A stretch of DNA of 64,000 nucleotides from Vicugna vicugna (taxonomy: Eukaryota), in contig MU058423.1 of NCBI GenBank assembly GCA_013265495.1, positions 9,285,627 to 9,349,626 of the forward strand. The letters are read 5' to 3'. Position 1 is the stretch's first letter. Each line of letters opens with the position of its first letter. The notes under the pieces are model-generated. The model was not told the origin of the DNA and ran no database searches. It saw only the letters and a list, made by a program, of their open reading frames with translations. This document shows positions 27,650 to 42,437 of the stretch, piece after piece. The translations under genes were made by a program, and so were the position numbers.

Positions 27650-28115
27650 TCTGTGTTTGTCAAGCTGACCACAGCTGCATATAACAGAAACAAAACAACA
27701 GTGGCTTGAACAAAGATAAGTTTATTTCTCTCTCTCATAAAAGACTAGAGGTAAGGTAAGCAACTCAAAGCTGGCATGGCAGCTCTATAAAGTCATTTGG
27801 AAGCCAGACTCTCTCTAGCTCACAGCTTCCTCCTTATTATGTGGAACTCATCATAGTGCAATAAGGCTGCCAGAGCTCCAGCTATCATACCCACATTCGG
27901 GGAACAGGATGGAAGAAGAGGGTGATTCTCTTGCTTTTAAGAACTCCTGGAGATACCACACAACAGTTCCACGTGTGTCTCATTAGCCAAAACTTAGTCA
28001 CAATGCACACACAAATGCAACCTTTATCTGGTTATCAACAAGATTGGCCAAAACCCGGGTTTTGTTATTAAGTAAGGAAAGAATGGATTTCAGCAGCTAA
28101 CAGTCTCTGCCACAG
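27650..28115. mobile_element. MaLR LTR (MLT1-type)
   Basis: gctgcatataacaga...cagtggcttgaacaaagataagtttatttctctctc...tctcattagccaaaacttagtcaca. Confidence 0.65.
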
Positions 28116-30339
28116 TTTGCAGGTTTCCTTATTTTTTTAATTTTCGTTGTTATGGAAGCAGTACAGTTTGGAGCAGGGAGCTGGAAGGCTCAGGAGGAAT
28201 GTCTCCAAGGCGGGGGTGGGGAAAGGGAGCTGATTATATAACGTGCTTGAGCACATTGAAAGATACTTCACAAACACCTCACAGTTTTCTGTCAGAAAGC
28301 TTGGGGGTGAATCAGTCAATGATTGGCACACAGAAAGCTAAACAAACTTGCCAGGAACAAAAAAAGCCCCGTTGGAGACTGCAGCTTTAGATCTGTTAGC
28401 CAAATGAGCTTGCTGAAAGTAAACTCCAGAACTGGCCAGCTTTCTCTCCCAGTCACAGAGGACTGGGGAGGTCATGCTCACTGCATGTTTATTCCCAAAG
28501 GGAAGAAGGACGGAGGTGAGGCAAGCTCACCCAGCTGTTCTCCCCAAATTCACCAGCCACCCAGGAACGAAGTGGGTTAAAGCGCAAAGAGAAGCCAGGG
28601 GTTTTAGGGAAGCTCTTCAAAGAAAACAGAACTAGGAAAAAACATTCTTCCTCAGGCATTATGCAAGTCATTTAACCTCTTTTGTACCCAGTTCTTAAAC
28701 TGTAATCTATCTTCCAAGGAATACACAGAAATGAAATATATAAAGTGTTTTGAAACTGAATACATGCCCTATAAATAGTTAATGGCTAATGTTTAATGAG
28801 CATCTAGGAAGTACCAGCCACTGTTCTAAGCTCATTACACGTACTAATTCAGTTCCCAAAACAACACTGTCCCTATTCCGGATTTAAAGATAAGGAAACT
28901 GAGTCCCCAAAGTTAAGTAACTTGCTTAACGTCACATAGTGAGCAAGTAGAGGAATATGACTTCGATTGCATTCTCCATCCCCCTTTGCCTCCCTACTTG
29001 TAAGATGGTGTCTGGCACATGGAGCAGGGTCTCACATGAACTTGTTGCACTGGAGGAGTTGAACTCTATGACTCCAAACTGGTCATTGTGCAGGGACTGG
29101 CATCACCTGAAGTACATCTGTCTTATCTTATTCTTGGTCATCCTGTTGGTATAAGCTACTTATGTCCGTAGCTGATAATTCCGTGGTCATTCTTTCTTGG
29201 CTTGGTCAGAGTCTAGAGGCCCTCCCTGTTGTCTTACTTTCACTACAGACTCCTTTGAATATCTGAGATAGTCTCAGCCTGGTCAAAGGCATCTATTTCA
29301 TAAGTCTTTGCTGGACTTAGCCACACCTCTGCCATCGTGGAGCCATGAAATGTATGCTGGGGATGAAAGCTAGGTTCTGTCCATAACTGATTTCCTTGCT
29401 TTATCCTCCTAACCACGCTGGGACTCCCCTCTTTGCATCCCCCCCGCCCCAGCCCTTTAGCCTAACATAGCAGCCTACACCAGGGTTCAGAACAGGGCCA
29501 GGACTAAAGTCCCTCTAACAGTCAAATACTATACCTACTGTGTGCTGAGCACTGTTTCAGGCACTGGGGGTACAGTAATGAATCCTTGCCCATGTGAAGT
29601 TTGTATTCGAATAATCCCCTTAACCCATCTGACTTGCTTCCCTCGGGACACATCAGGCTGTTTTACCTTCCTCTTTCCTCTTTAGGTTATCTTATTTCCA
29701 CAATCACTCAAGCCCAGAAGGAATGTTTTCCTTTCTTCCTATCAGAAACTAGTTCATTACCTTCAGCCCCTAATATGTTAAAGGAAAGATTAAAAAACTT
29801 AGGAAAATTTTTTATCTCAAAAATGTCTATAATCTTGCCGCAAAATCCTATTTTAAATGTCAGATGTTAAATATTAATTTTTCTTTCTCTTTGCATTCAT
29901 TCTGTGACAGTTAAGTCAGTCCCCTACTGAGGCAGATGTCTTAGGCTGGATAGAGAAAGTGTTATATGTTGCAAAGACAAATGAGAAAACCACATTCATA
30001 TCTTTAAAAATATTATCCCTTTTACATTGGGATCCCCATTGCCTGGTATAGTGCCTGGAAGTTTAAGTGCACTCAATAATGCTTATAAGAATGAATGAAA
30101 GATGGAAGGAATTAATAAGTAAATTAATTATAAAAATACTTTATAATTAAATTAATTATATTAAGTATCTATACTTCTGTTTCTGGTTTAATGAATAATT
30201 CACTTAGGCTAACTTTTTTTTGACATCTTAAATCTTTCTTCCTTGTTATTTCTTTTTTTACTCTTGTGTAGGTAGTTGAACATCTCATTGTTTCAAAACT
30301 AACACATTTAGCTACATATCTTTATTTCTTTTCTTCCTT

Positions 30340-32250
30340 CAATTTTTGTTATTGTGGTAAAATACATATAACATACAATTTACCATTTTAACCATTTTGA
30401 AGTATACAGTTCAGTGGTACTAAGTACATTCATATTGTTGTACAGCCATCACCACCATCTCTCCAGAACTCTTCATCTTGCAAAGGCTGAAACTATATTT
30501 ATTAAACCATAAACAAAAAGTTCTCCCCTCTTTCCAACTCCTGGCAAACACCATTCTACTTTCTGTCTCTATGATTTTGATAACTCTAGATACCTCACGT
30601 AAGTGGAATCATACACTATTTGTCTTTTTGTGACTGGCTTATTTCACTTAGCATAGTGTCTTCAGAGCTTATCTGTATTGTAGCGTATGTCAGAATTTCC
30701 TTCCTTTTAAGGCTGAATAATATTCTGCTGTATGTATATACCACATTTTGCTTATTTATTCATCAGTCAGTGGACATTTAGGTTGCTTCCACCTTTTAGC
30801 TACTGTGAATAATGCTGCTGAGAACATGAGGGTACAAATATCTCTTCTAGACCTTGCTTTCAATTCTTTTGGATATATACTCAGAAGTGGAATTGCTGTA
30901 TCATATGGTAATTCTATGTTTAATTTTTGGAGGAACCATCATACTGTTTTGCATAGCAGCTGTACCGTTTTACATTCTCATGAGCAGTGCACAAGTGTTC
31001 CAATTTGTCTACATCTTTGCTAACACTTATTTTCCCCCTTTTTGTTTTTTGATAGTAGTGATCCTCATGGGTGTGAGGTGGTACATCATTGTGGGGTTTT
31101 TTTGTATTTCCCTAGTGTTTAGTGGTATTGAACATCTTTGCATGTGCTTACTGACCATTAGTGTGTCTTTGGAGAATTATCTATTCAAGTCCTTTGCCAA
31201 TTTTTGAATTGAGTTGTTTGGTTTTTTTGTTGTTGAGGTCCTATATAGTCTGGATAGTAATCCTTCATCAGATATAGATATATAAACATTTTCTCTTGTT
31301 CCGTGGATTGCCTTTTCACTCTGTTAGTTGTGTCCTTTGATGCACAGGAGTTTTTAATTTTCATGAAGTCCAATTTGTCTTTATTCCATTATCATACAGT
31401 TTTGATTACTGTAGCTTTATTGTAAGTTTTGAAGTCAGAAATAGTGAGTCCTTCAATTTTCTTCTTCTTTTTCAAATTGTTTTGTCTATTTGGGGATCCC
31501 TTGACATTCCATATGAATTTTAGGATGATTTTTTTCTATTCTTGCAAAAAAAAAAAGCCATTGGGATAAGATAGGGATTGCATTATATCTGTGTATAACT
31601 TTAGGCAGTACTGACATTTAACAATATTAAATCTTCCAATTCATGAACATGGGATATCTTTCTGTTTATTTATGTCCTCTTTAGTTTCTTTTAGCCGTTT
31701 TTTTGTAGTTTTAATTGTAGAAGTCTATTATCTCCTTGATTAATTCCTAAGTATTTATTCCTTTTGATGGTATTGTAACTGCAATTGTTTCTGAGATTTT
31801 CTTTTCAGATGTTCATTGTTGGTGTACAGAAGTGCAGCTTACTTCTGTGTGTTGACTTGTATCCTGCTACTTTGCTGAACTTGTTCACTAGTTGTATAGT
31901 TTTTTTGTGGAATCTTTAGGGTTCTCTACTGTAAGAGCTTTACATCTGTGAACACAGATAATTTTACTTCTTTTTCAATTTAGATACCATTTATTTATTT
32001 ATTTGTTTACTTATTTACTTATTTAGCTTAACTAATTGCTCTGGCTAGGGTTAGTGTGCATCTTTGCCTTGTTCTTGATTTTAGAGGAAAAGCTTTCAGT
32101 CTTTTATCGCTGAGTATGATTTTGCTGTGGATTTTTCATATATAACTTTTATTTGTTGAGACAGTTTCCTTCTATTCCTAGTTTGTTGACTTTTTAAATG
32201 AGGTGTTGAATTTTGTCAAATGCTTTTTTCCTGCACCAATTGAGATGATT
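30340..32250 (-). mobile_element. L1 (L1MB-like) 3' UTR plus ORF2 C-terminal remnants
   Basis: Antisense 3' end ttattgtggtaaaatacatataacatacaatttaccattttaacc; ORF 31185..31373 (DFMKIKNSCASKDTTNRVKRQSTE) resembles L1 ORF2 D.IKLKSFCTAKET.NRVKRQPTEW. Confidence 0.88.
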
Positions 32251-33619
32251 TTTTTTTTTTAAGAATATGCATTTCCTTTTCCCTTTTGAAATGTCACGGG
32301 AAAGGCTGGGGGCTTGAATTTGCTTTATCTCATGACAGTATAAGCCCATGGCTAGCATGGTGCTAACAATGCTACATTTACTGTCTTTTCAAGTAGTATT
32401 CTTCTTGTTACTAATTTTAGTTAGGTTTTTAATTTTGCTTAGTTATGAATTGGAGTTGATTTGACAGCTTATTTCATGGATCTTTTGTCCAGCTCAAAGG
32501 GTGGAAAACAAATATCTCAAAACAAAGCTTTCAAAATGGAAGAATGTATAAGATACCCTGACAGTGGCAGTCATGGGTCTGTCTCCTACCAGAGAGTGAG
32601 TTCCTTGAGGAGAGAAAATATCTTTTCCCTTTATCCCCAGTTACCTAGAACTAGAGATTGTTGCCTTTTGTATAGTAAACAATAAAACATCTTGTGGGGG
32701 GATCAAAGAACAGCGGTATTTCCCTTGCTATTGCTCCCCTTTCCTTCCCCCAAGAGAGATTGCATCAAACTCAGTAAGTTTCATAGTGTTAATTTATTGT
32801 GGAATATAAATATAAAAGTATCCAAGTTTTACAAATAGTGCAAAATGAGCAATTGTGCATTTTAATTTGACTCATTTTTGGTGAACTGAAATATTTAGAT
32901 TTTGGTATTAAGAGAGAAATGTACTTTTTTTACTATGTCCCTATTGATTACTTTCTCATTTCAAAGTTGTGTAGACTCATGAATTATTTAATTCTCAAAA
33001 CTTAAGTTGATAGACTATTTGAGAGTAGATGTCTAAACTGTAATATAAAGCCAGAATTGGAAAATAGAGGTACTTTGATTAACCTCTCAAAGTAGGTTTT
33101 ATGTTATAGAAGGCATCACATAGTACATTGTGTGAAAATAAAGTTAGATGAAACATGATCATTAGTAATACCTGCTTTATAGATTCTCAGTTTGATGACC
33201 AACATAACCTAATTTACCAGAACATTTGACTGAAGTATTTCACTGATGGTCAAGTGAACTCTGAGGAAAGGTCAATGGTATAACTACAAAGGCCAATCTA
33301 TTTTAATTGCCTAGGGTTTAAAAAAAGCCCTCTTCTCAATTTGCAGTAACCGTGGGAGTCATTTTCCTGCTTACACAGTGGTAAAGGTGTTGTATATCAT
33401 GAATGCAGCGTAGTGGATAATCAGCAGAACATTAAATTAAATTAATCAGCACTTTGGAAAGTTTATTCCATGACCATAGGTAACATGTCCTATCAAGGCA
33501 AACGATTGCGTCTTTGATTATGGAAAACTACTACTAAGCTTTCACTTTAAAAAAAAATGTTTTATGGAAAGAATTTAGATAGAGAGTCAAACATAGTAAA
33601 GTTACATTTAAAAAATATT

Positions 33620-34080
33620 TGAGAATCACTGTGTTGTGCATCAAGAATGAATATATAGTGTTGTAAGTCAATTATACTTCAAAAACAAACAAATATAAAA
33701 ACTTATAGAAAAAGGGATTGGATCTGTGTTTACCAGAGGCAGAGCTGGGGGTACTGGAGGAGGGGGAATTGGATAAAGATAAGTCAAAACGTACAAACTT
33801 CCAGTTATAAGATAAATAAGTACTAGGGATTTAATGTACAACAGGATATAATTAACACTGCTATATGTTGTATATGAAAGTTGTTAAGAGCGTGAATCCT
33901 AATAGTTCTCATCACAGGGAAAAAACACTTTTTTTTTCTTTGCATCTATGTAAGGTGATGGATGTTCACTAAACTCATTGTGGGACTCATTTCATGATAC
34001 ATGCAAGTCAAATCATTATGCTGTATAACTTATACAGTGCTGTATGTTAATTATATCTCAATAAAACTGGAAGGAGAAAT
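33620..34080 (+). mobile_element. L1 3' UTR fragment(s)
   Basis: gtacaaacttccagttataagataaataagtactaggg...aattatatctcaataaaactgga. Confidence 0.8.
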
Positions 34081-37000
34081 GGATAATAAAATATACCTGC
34101 TTTGGGTCTGAAAATAAATAAATACACAAAGTACTTGATACTAAAAAGTAAATGAGATAAAACTTCTCTTATAAAAATATATGAGGCTTATATTTTATAG
34201 TAATGGTATTTTTGAAGTATAAATATATGAAATATATACTAAATTCATAACAGATTCAGTATTTTTAGCCTTTGAACTGATTTTGTAAATCATATTGTAT
34301 TTATTTAACATATTCTCTGGGATCCATCCTGACTTCTCTCTCTCTCCTTCCCAAGGCTTACTGATTTTTTAATATTTAAAAATAAAGTGTTAAAAGTAAC
34401 AAAAATTTCAGGTGTTAATTCCTTCATGTTATATCTTAAAAGTAACATTAAAATCAAGATGTCAACATTACTGTGTTCATAATTCTGGACTGTTTAGGAG
34501 TCAAGGTGGCATAAAAGGACACCAGAGTGCATGTCAGATAACATGACTGTAAACCTTGTTGAGTCACTAAGTAGTTGTGTAGACAAGTTACTCTCAGAAC
34601 CTTAATTTTGTGTCAATACAATGATCTCTTAAGCTAGAATGCATAAATAGGGGATATCTACATTAAGAATAGAATCCATAGTAACAAACTATCCAAATTT
34701 CAGAAATCAGAATAATTTCTGCTAGACAGTGTGATGATACTGCATTTTAGGAAGAATGAAGAGGGATCTTGGGGAACTTAACTCATGAGATAGCTGCTTT
34801 TTGAGCAGTAAATCAGGGAAGTCCTGGCATGCCTCACTGACATGTCCTCACTCAACAAGGCAAGGAGGTATGGGATGGTGGTGGGAGAGCCTCTGGGGAT
34901 GTTGAGACTTCCAACACGTGTCTCTCCCCCATAGAATTTACAGGAATCCTGGGGAATCTAGGCGGGCCGATGAATACAGGAGAGAGTTCTGATCCTTGGC
35001 ACATTATTGGCATTGCATTTTCTGCTACATAATACTCCTGTTGGGAGTTGGCTGTCCACTCTGGGTCAGGCAGTGTTCCAGGTAAGCTGAAGAACGCTCT
35101 TTACAGTTGTCCTTTCCTCTAATTGGAGGCTCAGCCCTAAGGACACTCACTACCGCTGTCAAAGCTGTAACACCTAGTGTCTAGCCTCCCAGCTGTCTTA
35201 TATCCATCTCTTCATTTGAGATGTTGTGAGCTTGGACCAAAATGAAAGTTCTCAGCAACACTGAGAAATATTTAGTGAAATAATACAATTTTTTTGTTTG
35301 TGAATACTGTGGAACAAATTTATACTTTTTATATGTATTTTCCAATTTTCTATGTTGGAAAATGAATATAGACTATATGAATAATTCATATAGTCAAATA
35401 TTCATATATAGTCACATTTGCCATAAGTTGCGTTATCTCCAGGTTGACAAAGTTCTTTGATTTTTATTTGGTGTAATATTTGTTGGAAACCTTTTCAGTG
35501 CAAGACAGTCTTAATTGTCTCATAATATCTTATAATGACCTAATTGGTTTATAATATCAAAAATAGAAAACAATAGAAATTATGGATGAACAGAATTAGT
35601 TTTCCTGCAAAGAATAAGTGAACCATAGGATATTGCGACATCTACAAGTTCAGTAGCCATGTTTTGTTATCCAGTACCTAGAGGAGTACTTAAACCTGTG
35701 CAAGGGAGGTGCATGTAATTTGGCAGCATAACCACAGTTAAGTTTTCCCTTTAATCCTTTGCGTTCAAGAGGCAGAATGTGATGTTAACTGTCACTTAGT
35801 ACTCCAGGCTTGGAGAAATTGCTTTTAAAGGTTGTTTATTCATCTGCTAAATTATACTTGCAATATTAGAGATAGTATTTGATACTTACATAGTACTTTA
35901 CAGATCTTTCCAAGTATTGCAACATTCATGATTTCATTTAATCTTCACAACAATTTTGTGAAGAAGACAAGATAATAACTAACTCCATGTTACAGAGAAG
36001 AAAAATGGAATCCTGAAATGTGAAGTGATTTGTGTCATATAGACTAGTCAGTGGTAGAGGGGAACTAATTTCTAAGTTTTTAAATTTCTAGGTGGGGTCA
36101 CAAGGTATTACGGGTTACATATCAACAAAGGGAACAGATTAGGCAGAGTAAAATAGCAGAGTTTCAGAGATGGCATGGATCCCATCCAGGCTGGCATAAA
36201 TAGGCAAGGATTCAATCTGATTGGGTGAGCTATGGTAACGCAGCCTTAATTACAATACCTTCAGCTGAATGACAGCATCTCTGTTCTTGGAGTTGGAGAT
36301 GGAACATAGGTGGTAGATATAGACAGTGTCTCCAGTGAAGAGGTAAGGCAAGGACTAAGCATAATACCGGGGCCCCCAGAGGCCACGTTGTCTAGGATTC
36401 TTTACCAGGCTCCAGTCTCAGCTGCAGAATTAGAATACAAATCAAGACTGGGGTAGCTGTTCAGTCTAAAAGACTGGGGAGACATGGTAAGAATTGGGCA
36501 TGATGTTTGGGGAGGAGACTACTGCTATTTGATAGGCTGAGGGATGTCACCCCAGAAAGGAAACATAGGGAAAACAGACTAATTTTAGACTCTCTGACAC
36601 ATTCCAGGCATGATTCTCATTAGCAGGGCTCAATCTGCTGAGCAGGTAGATGTCTGGACAGAGCTCAAATGGGCAGGGCAAGAATAATGCTCCTTGGCAC
36701 TTAAGCATATGACTCATTCAACTTATAAGGCATGTGCTTTACCCGAGACATAGGTGAGATGCTCTGCTCACAGATTTACATCTATGAAGTTTCTAGAGAA
36801 AACGGGTGGCACTCTTAAAAAATTCCCATGTGTATCTTCATGGAATTTTGCCAGGTGTGCATATCTGCTCTGTCAATGCTTCCAGGACTAGCTGAAAAAT
36901 AGCAGAGGTATTCTCATGGCAGGTTTATGTTAATAAGCTTTATTAGCATATAGTACAGCTAATTCAGTGACTCATCTCTAAAGTTATCCAGCTGTTTCCC

Positions 37001-37104
37001 CTTGCCTCTAATTCCCTAATCTTGCGAACATTCCCGTGGCTGAATGAATAGTGGAGAGTTTCTACTTGGGCTCATTGGATGCTATCTTAAGTTGCGTGTC
37101 GTCA

Positions 37105-37280
37105 GTGTGACACTTTGCTATTCAAAGTGTGATCCAAGGCCCAGCAGCGTTGGCATCACTTGGGAGCTTATTAGAAATGCAGAATCTCAGGCCTAATGTT
37201 AGGTCTATGAAATCAGTGTGCATTTTAACAAGATCTCAGGGTGATTTGTAAGTACATTCAAGTTTGAGAAGCTCTAGTTA
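37105..37280. mobile_element. MER5A-like hAT-Charlie MITE
   Basis: ccagcagcgttggcatcacttgggagcttattagaaatgcagaatctcaggcc...ttttaacaagatctcagggtgatt. Confidence 0.8.
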
Positions 37281-39964
37281 TGCCTTTGTGGCTCAAGCTC
37301 ATGACTTCCTAAAACCTCCATTTTTAGGGACCTTCTGTTTCCTACTCTTTTGGAATCTGTAGGCCATCAGCTAGCCAGTTCATTTGATTGCTTTTTAAAT
37401 TCTAAAACGCGTGACTTTGTGCTCCCTAAGCTGTCTCTCCCTTACTTTGCCAGAGAAGGGGGACTCTTTTTTTTTCATTCCTCATATTTTTCACCTCTTT
37501 CCCCTTGGTGATTTTTAGTTTTGGAGATAAAGCATCACTTCTAGCTTCCCGGGGACCTACTTTCTCTCTGATTAGCTTGAAGATTCTTTCCCATGGCATC
37601 TCTCTCAACAACACTGAGGTGCTGAGGGTCTGTTCACTATTGAATTCTATCAGAAAGGTGAGTTGCCACTAATTTCAATATCGCATATTTTTACATAACT
37701 TTAGACTACCTTAAAAAAATAAAATGGCCGAAGAGACTACTCGGTAGCTTTCTCTGCCTTCGTTTAACTTTTTGTTTTGTTTGACTTTCCACTCATAGAA
37801 ATCTTAGACTTCAGAAATTTCATCTCTCCTGGCAGTAGCTATATTTTCTGTGTCTAAGTGATAAACACTCTGTTATTTTATTCTGGAACTCTAAACCAAT
37901 CAAGGGAAGTCTTCATCGGATGTTTTCTGCTCTCTGTTCTCTTAGCTTTGTTTTCTATTTTTTTCCATCTTTGTTATAAGAGGAAAAAGTTCTCATGGAA
38001 CGTGTTGCCATTTTGAAATTTAGCTATTTATGTATGTATTATTTTTGCATATGTATCAGAAATCACATTTAGAAATATTCTCTGTAAGTTACACTTAAAC
38101 ATTTTTAGTTGGTAAGTGCCGACAATATTGTGGTTTGTTTTGTAAGACTCCTCTTTACTTTGAAACCGTATCTCCTGTTTCCTCCTTTGTCTAAAACCAC
38201 ACAGGTTGATGAAGAAATGAAGTGAGAGAAGTCTGCTGAAATATATTTACAACAAGCTATTGTAGTGCCATTTATTGAATCACACATAGAATTTCATAGC
38301 ACAAGGGGCAGGATTGTCTGAAGTGACCCTGAGAGCTCACTCTTGGTTGCTGAACCACTGGACCATCTGGACCCAGGAATCACCTTTTAGCCAGTGGGGG
38401 AAGCCACATTTGAGGTCAGCTTTCTGTAGGACTGATGGCACTATTTTACCCTCTTGCAGGAACAACAGCTCTCTGCTGTCCGCAGGTGCTCTCACAGTTA
38501 CTTCCTCTAAATAGACTGCATGCAATCCACACTGCTTAACATTTAAGGTGCCTGATTATCTCTTCCGATAAGGTTGCTATCATGCTTCTCCTGTAGGAAA
38601 GAGCAACATTGGGGTGGTGGCTCTTCCCTGGAATACTGGACTGAGTGTCCATCAGATGGCCAGGGGCCCTGCATACTTCATGGGAAAAATGGGAAAATCA
38701 CAGGACCTGTGAATTTTCTTGTTGCTGGCTCCTTGAGTTTCCTCGATAAAGCCTGCTCTTTAATACGATATTGTAAAATTCACCCGGCGCTCTGGTGAAC
38801 CTCAGGGGACCCATTTTGCACAGCACACTTGTTGATGATAATCAAAACTTTGTTCTGCATACCCTTCTTTCATATCTCAGCTTGCATATTTGTATTATAG
38901 AATGAAGTCACTGGCCATATTCATATTTTGTCTTGGATAAAATGTCCTTCTATTTATGTTCATTAACTCATGCATTTTCTCCCCATCCACATATCTCACT
39001 TACTCACATCTCTCCTTGCCCAGCATGCTGTACTGTCCAGTAATACTGTTGCTAGTACCTTAAACTTCCTTCCCCTTCTGTCTTCTTTGTGTCACCTGCT
39101 GAGGACTGCAACCTGGATAAACCAACTGTCTGCTTTCTCTGCATCTGTCCCTGAGCATCCATGAACTGCTAGAGAGAGTTTTGCAATAGGGCATGTTGAC
39201 TTAAAAAAATTAATTTAAATAACTTCAAACTGTACAGCAATCTTGCAGTGGTTCTCAGTCAACCTGTCTCCCACTTTCCATAATTATTTCAAGCCTCTTC
39301 AAACCTTCTTCTATTCATAGCTTGTGATTCTCAGAAAATGATCTTGATTTTTATTTTATAGAGAAAATAGAAGACCTTAAATGAGAACTCTATCACCTGT
39401 CCCATTTCCAACATACACACTCCTAACTACATCTCTATCTGTACTATTCTGTTTTCCTTCTGTTACGATATGGGTGTGATTATTTTTTCCCAAGGCTAGA
39501 TCCTCCTATGGTGCTTTTTATCTTCCCGCCTCCCACCTTCTAAGGTACCTGAAGTAATGGATTATCTTTTGTCTAGTTTGAATATTCAAACTCTCCTTCA
39601 AATAGCACTTTTAAAAACAGGCTCAAGTTTCTTCCAAGTAAAAGAAAGAAAGAGAGGAAAGGAGAGAGAGAGAGAGAGACAAGACATTTTTCACTTGATT
39701 TCTTCATTGCCTTTTACCTACTGTCCCATTTCCTCTTTACATATTGCCGAATATCCCCTGTGAAGCAAAATTGCCTCTGGTTGAGAATCATTGCTCTATT
39801 CCCCCAGCCCCTGTTAGGTTACCAATGACTTTCACGATGCTAAATCTTGTTTCTTATGTGATTTGATATCTCGGTAGCATCTGACATTGTTAACCTCTCG
39901 CAACCTCTTCTGTCCTGCCTCCAATAACTTGACATTCTCTTGATTTTCCTTTTACCTCTCAGAT

Positions 39965-40095
39965 TGTTCTTTTTCCTTCCCTCCCTCCCTCTCTCTTTTC
40001 TTCCTTCCTTTCTCTCTTTCACTCTTTCTTTCCTTCTCTCTCCCTCTCTTTTCTCCACCAAACCCCTTCTCTTTCTCTTTTCTAAAATCTCCTTT
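39965..40095. repeat. Polypyrimidine (CT-rich) low-complexity tract within an L2 remnant
   Basis: ~130 bp almost entirely C/T; a GA-rich tract lies at 39640-39678. Confidence 0.85.
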
Positions 40096-41849
40096 CTACA
40101 TTCGTCCTCTGCCAATTGACAACTAAATGTTGGCATTCTCATTTTACTCTGCTCTCTTGCTGGGCAATCTCATTCCCATCCAGAGCTTTAATTTCCATCT
40201 TTATTCTTCTGCTTCAAGATATGATGAACTAGCTTCAGAGTGGTGAACAGGCCGATCCTCCCACCAACAGCAACAAAAAGAGCTGGATACAATAGTTTAT
40301 CCATAGCTTGTGAGTCTTTATCTCTACCTGACAGCTTTCTCTTTTAGAGAAAAAAAATCTGCTTCTGGCTCTACCTTTTGAAGTAGAAAATTAGTTCTTA
40401 ATTAGAATAATACACTAAGGATGAAAATGATATTCCTTCAATTGGCCTAGAACGCCTAAATGGTCTGCCTCTACACTTACCTCTCAGCTCTGTACCTGTC
40501 CCAGTCTCCTCCTCCGTCATCATCTCTCTTGTGTTCCTGCTCCAAGCAGCTACTTCTGTCCTTTGCTCATGCTCCACCAGGAGGGCGTTCTACTGTTGCT
40601 TCCTTTGCCAAGAAGGCTCCTCTCCCCCCGTCTCTGCCTACCTAACTTATCTTTCTGATCTCAACTCAAGCAGACTTCTTCAGGGAGCCCTCCTTGACCT
40701 TCCTGACCAGTTCCAATCCCCCTTTATGGAGGCCCTTAATGGCCTCGGTACATCTCCTTCTTACTGTATATTACCATAGCAATTTTACATTTCCTTGTGT
40801 GATCAGTGAGGCAGCAGAGTACAACTGAATGTTTAAGAGCAAGGATTTTGGAGCCTGCTTGGCTTGGAATCCTGGATCTTAAATTCTTGGTGACTCAGTT
40901 TCCTTATCTTTAAAATGGAGATAGTAATATAACTTATTTTAAGGGTTACTGTGACTTTTATATGATTTAGTGCATATATAGTGCTTTGAATGGTGCCTGG
41001 AACATACTAAGCACTATGTAAATGTTGGCTGTAATTAAAAAAAATTAATTATCATCTCTCTCTCCCACTGTTTTAGTTCATCATTTTTTTTTCAGTGCCA
41101 ACACAGTTCATGACACATTGCAGGCATGCAGTAGCTGTCAGAGTAATATATAAATATATAAATTAAAGAGTTTGGGAAAAAAGAAATGTTATATAAATAC
41201 CAAGCACATTTGTATAGATGAAAAAGTAGAGATTCCACGTTGTGTTTTAGAAGTGATTCTACTGTAGTCAGTCACTGTTTTTACTGACACAACCTATGCT
41301 AGGAAGGAAAATAGGTAATTTCTTAATTCTAGGAGAATTCAAACAATACTATTATAATTATAACAATTCTAATTATAACAGAATTGCTGAAATCAGAGTC
41401 TTTCAGTTAAAACATTACAAATTTGAAGAATATATTCAAATTCAAATTTCTGTATGAAATACATAAAAAGGGATATGATTTTTCATAACAAACCATGAAA
41501 ACAAACATCTTAGTCTCAGAGGTTAAGGATTACATAACAAAGAATCATTTTAGTTTTAAAAATATCACACAAAATCTTGTAAACAAACTCTTAAGGCTCA
41601 ATTATTTGATGACAAGGTACCAAATATAAATCTGACAAGCAAACCTTGCTCGGCAAGCATGCGTATGAAATTATTTATTTGGCATGGAGGTCACTGGGTT
41701 CTTTGAATCATTGAATTCATGTGAATCATATGAATTATTAGACATTAATAATTTGAGAAATAACCATGCCATATGAGCGATGATAATTCAATACAAAAAA
41801 CTAAAGCCACGAAGAGATATTGATAACATAGTATATTATCATTTGCAGT

Positions 41850-42205
41850 AGTTACCTCAGGCTGTCATAACAAGATACCACAGACTCTCAACAACAGAAA
41901 TATATCTCTCACAGTTCTGAAGTCTGGGAAGTCTAAGTTCAAGGTGCCGACTGATTTTATTCCTGGTGAGAGCTCTCTTCCTTGTTAGCAGACAACCACC
42001 GTCTCATCATGCGGCTGAGAGAGAGAGCTCTGGGGTCTCTTCCTCTCTTAAGGGCACTAGTCCTATCAGATTAGGACTGTACCTTTATGACTTCATTTAA
42101 CCTTTATCACCACCTCACAGGCTCTGTCTTTAAATGCAGTCACTTTGAGGGTTGGGGTATCAACATATGCATTTTTGAGGGAATACAAACATTCAGCCCA
42201 CAACA
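41850..42205. mobile_element. MaLR LTR (MLT1A-like)
   Basis: gctgtcataacaagataccacagact...tctcacagttctgaagtctgggaagtctaagttcaaggtgcc...aacattcagcccacaaca. Confidence 0.8.
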
Positions 42206-42289
42206 CCATTCAGAAGATGAAGATAACATTTTTATTGGGATGAATATGCCAAAAACTTTCAGAGGAACAGGCCTTTAAAATTGACTTTA

Positions 42290-42437
42290 GATGGGAGAGT
42301 ATAGCTCAAGTGGTAGGGAGCATGCTTAGCATGCATGAGGCCCTGGGTTCAACCCCCAGTACCTCCTCTAAAAGTAAAGAAAGAAATAAAAACCTAACTA
42401 CCTACCCACCAAAACCCAAAACCAAACAGACAAAAAA
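42290..42437 (+). mobile_element. tRNA-derived SINE, Vic-1-like
   Basis: A box tagctcaagtgg, B box ggttcaaccc; 13-bp TSD aaaattgacttta (42277-42289, 42438-42450). Confidence 0.9.

Noticed and set aside
30124..30150. 11-bp AT inverted repeat, and an 8-bp one at 61804-61820
   Set aside because: Short and low-complexity; near chance expectation.
39840..40142. 100-aa K/R/E-rich ORF
   Set aside because: Translation of the CT-rich low-complexity tract.
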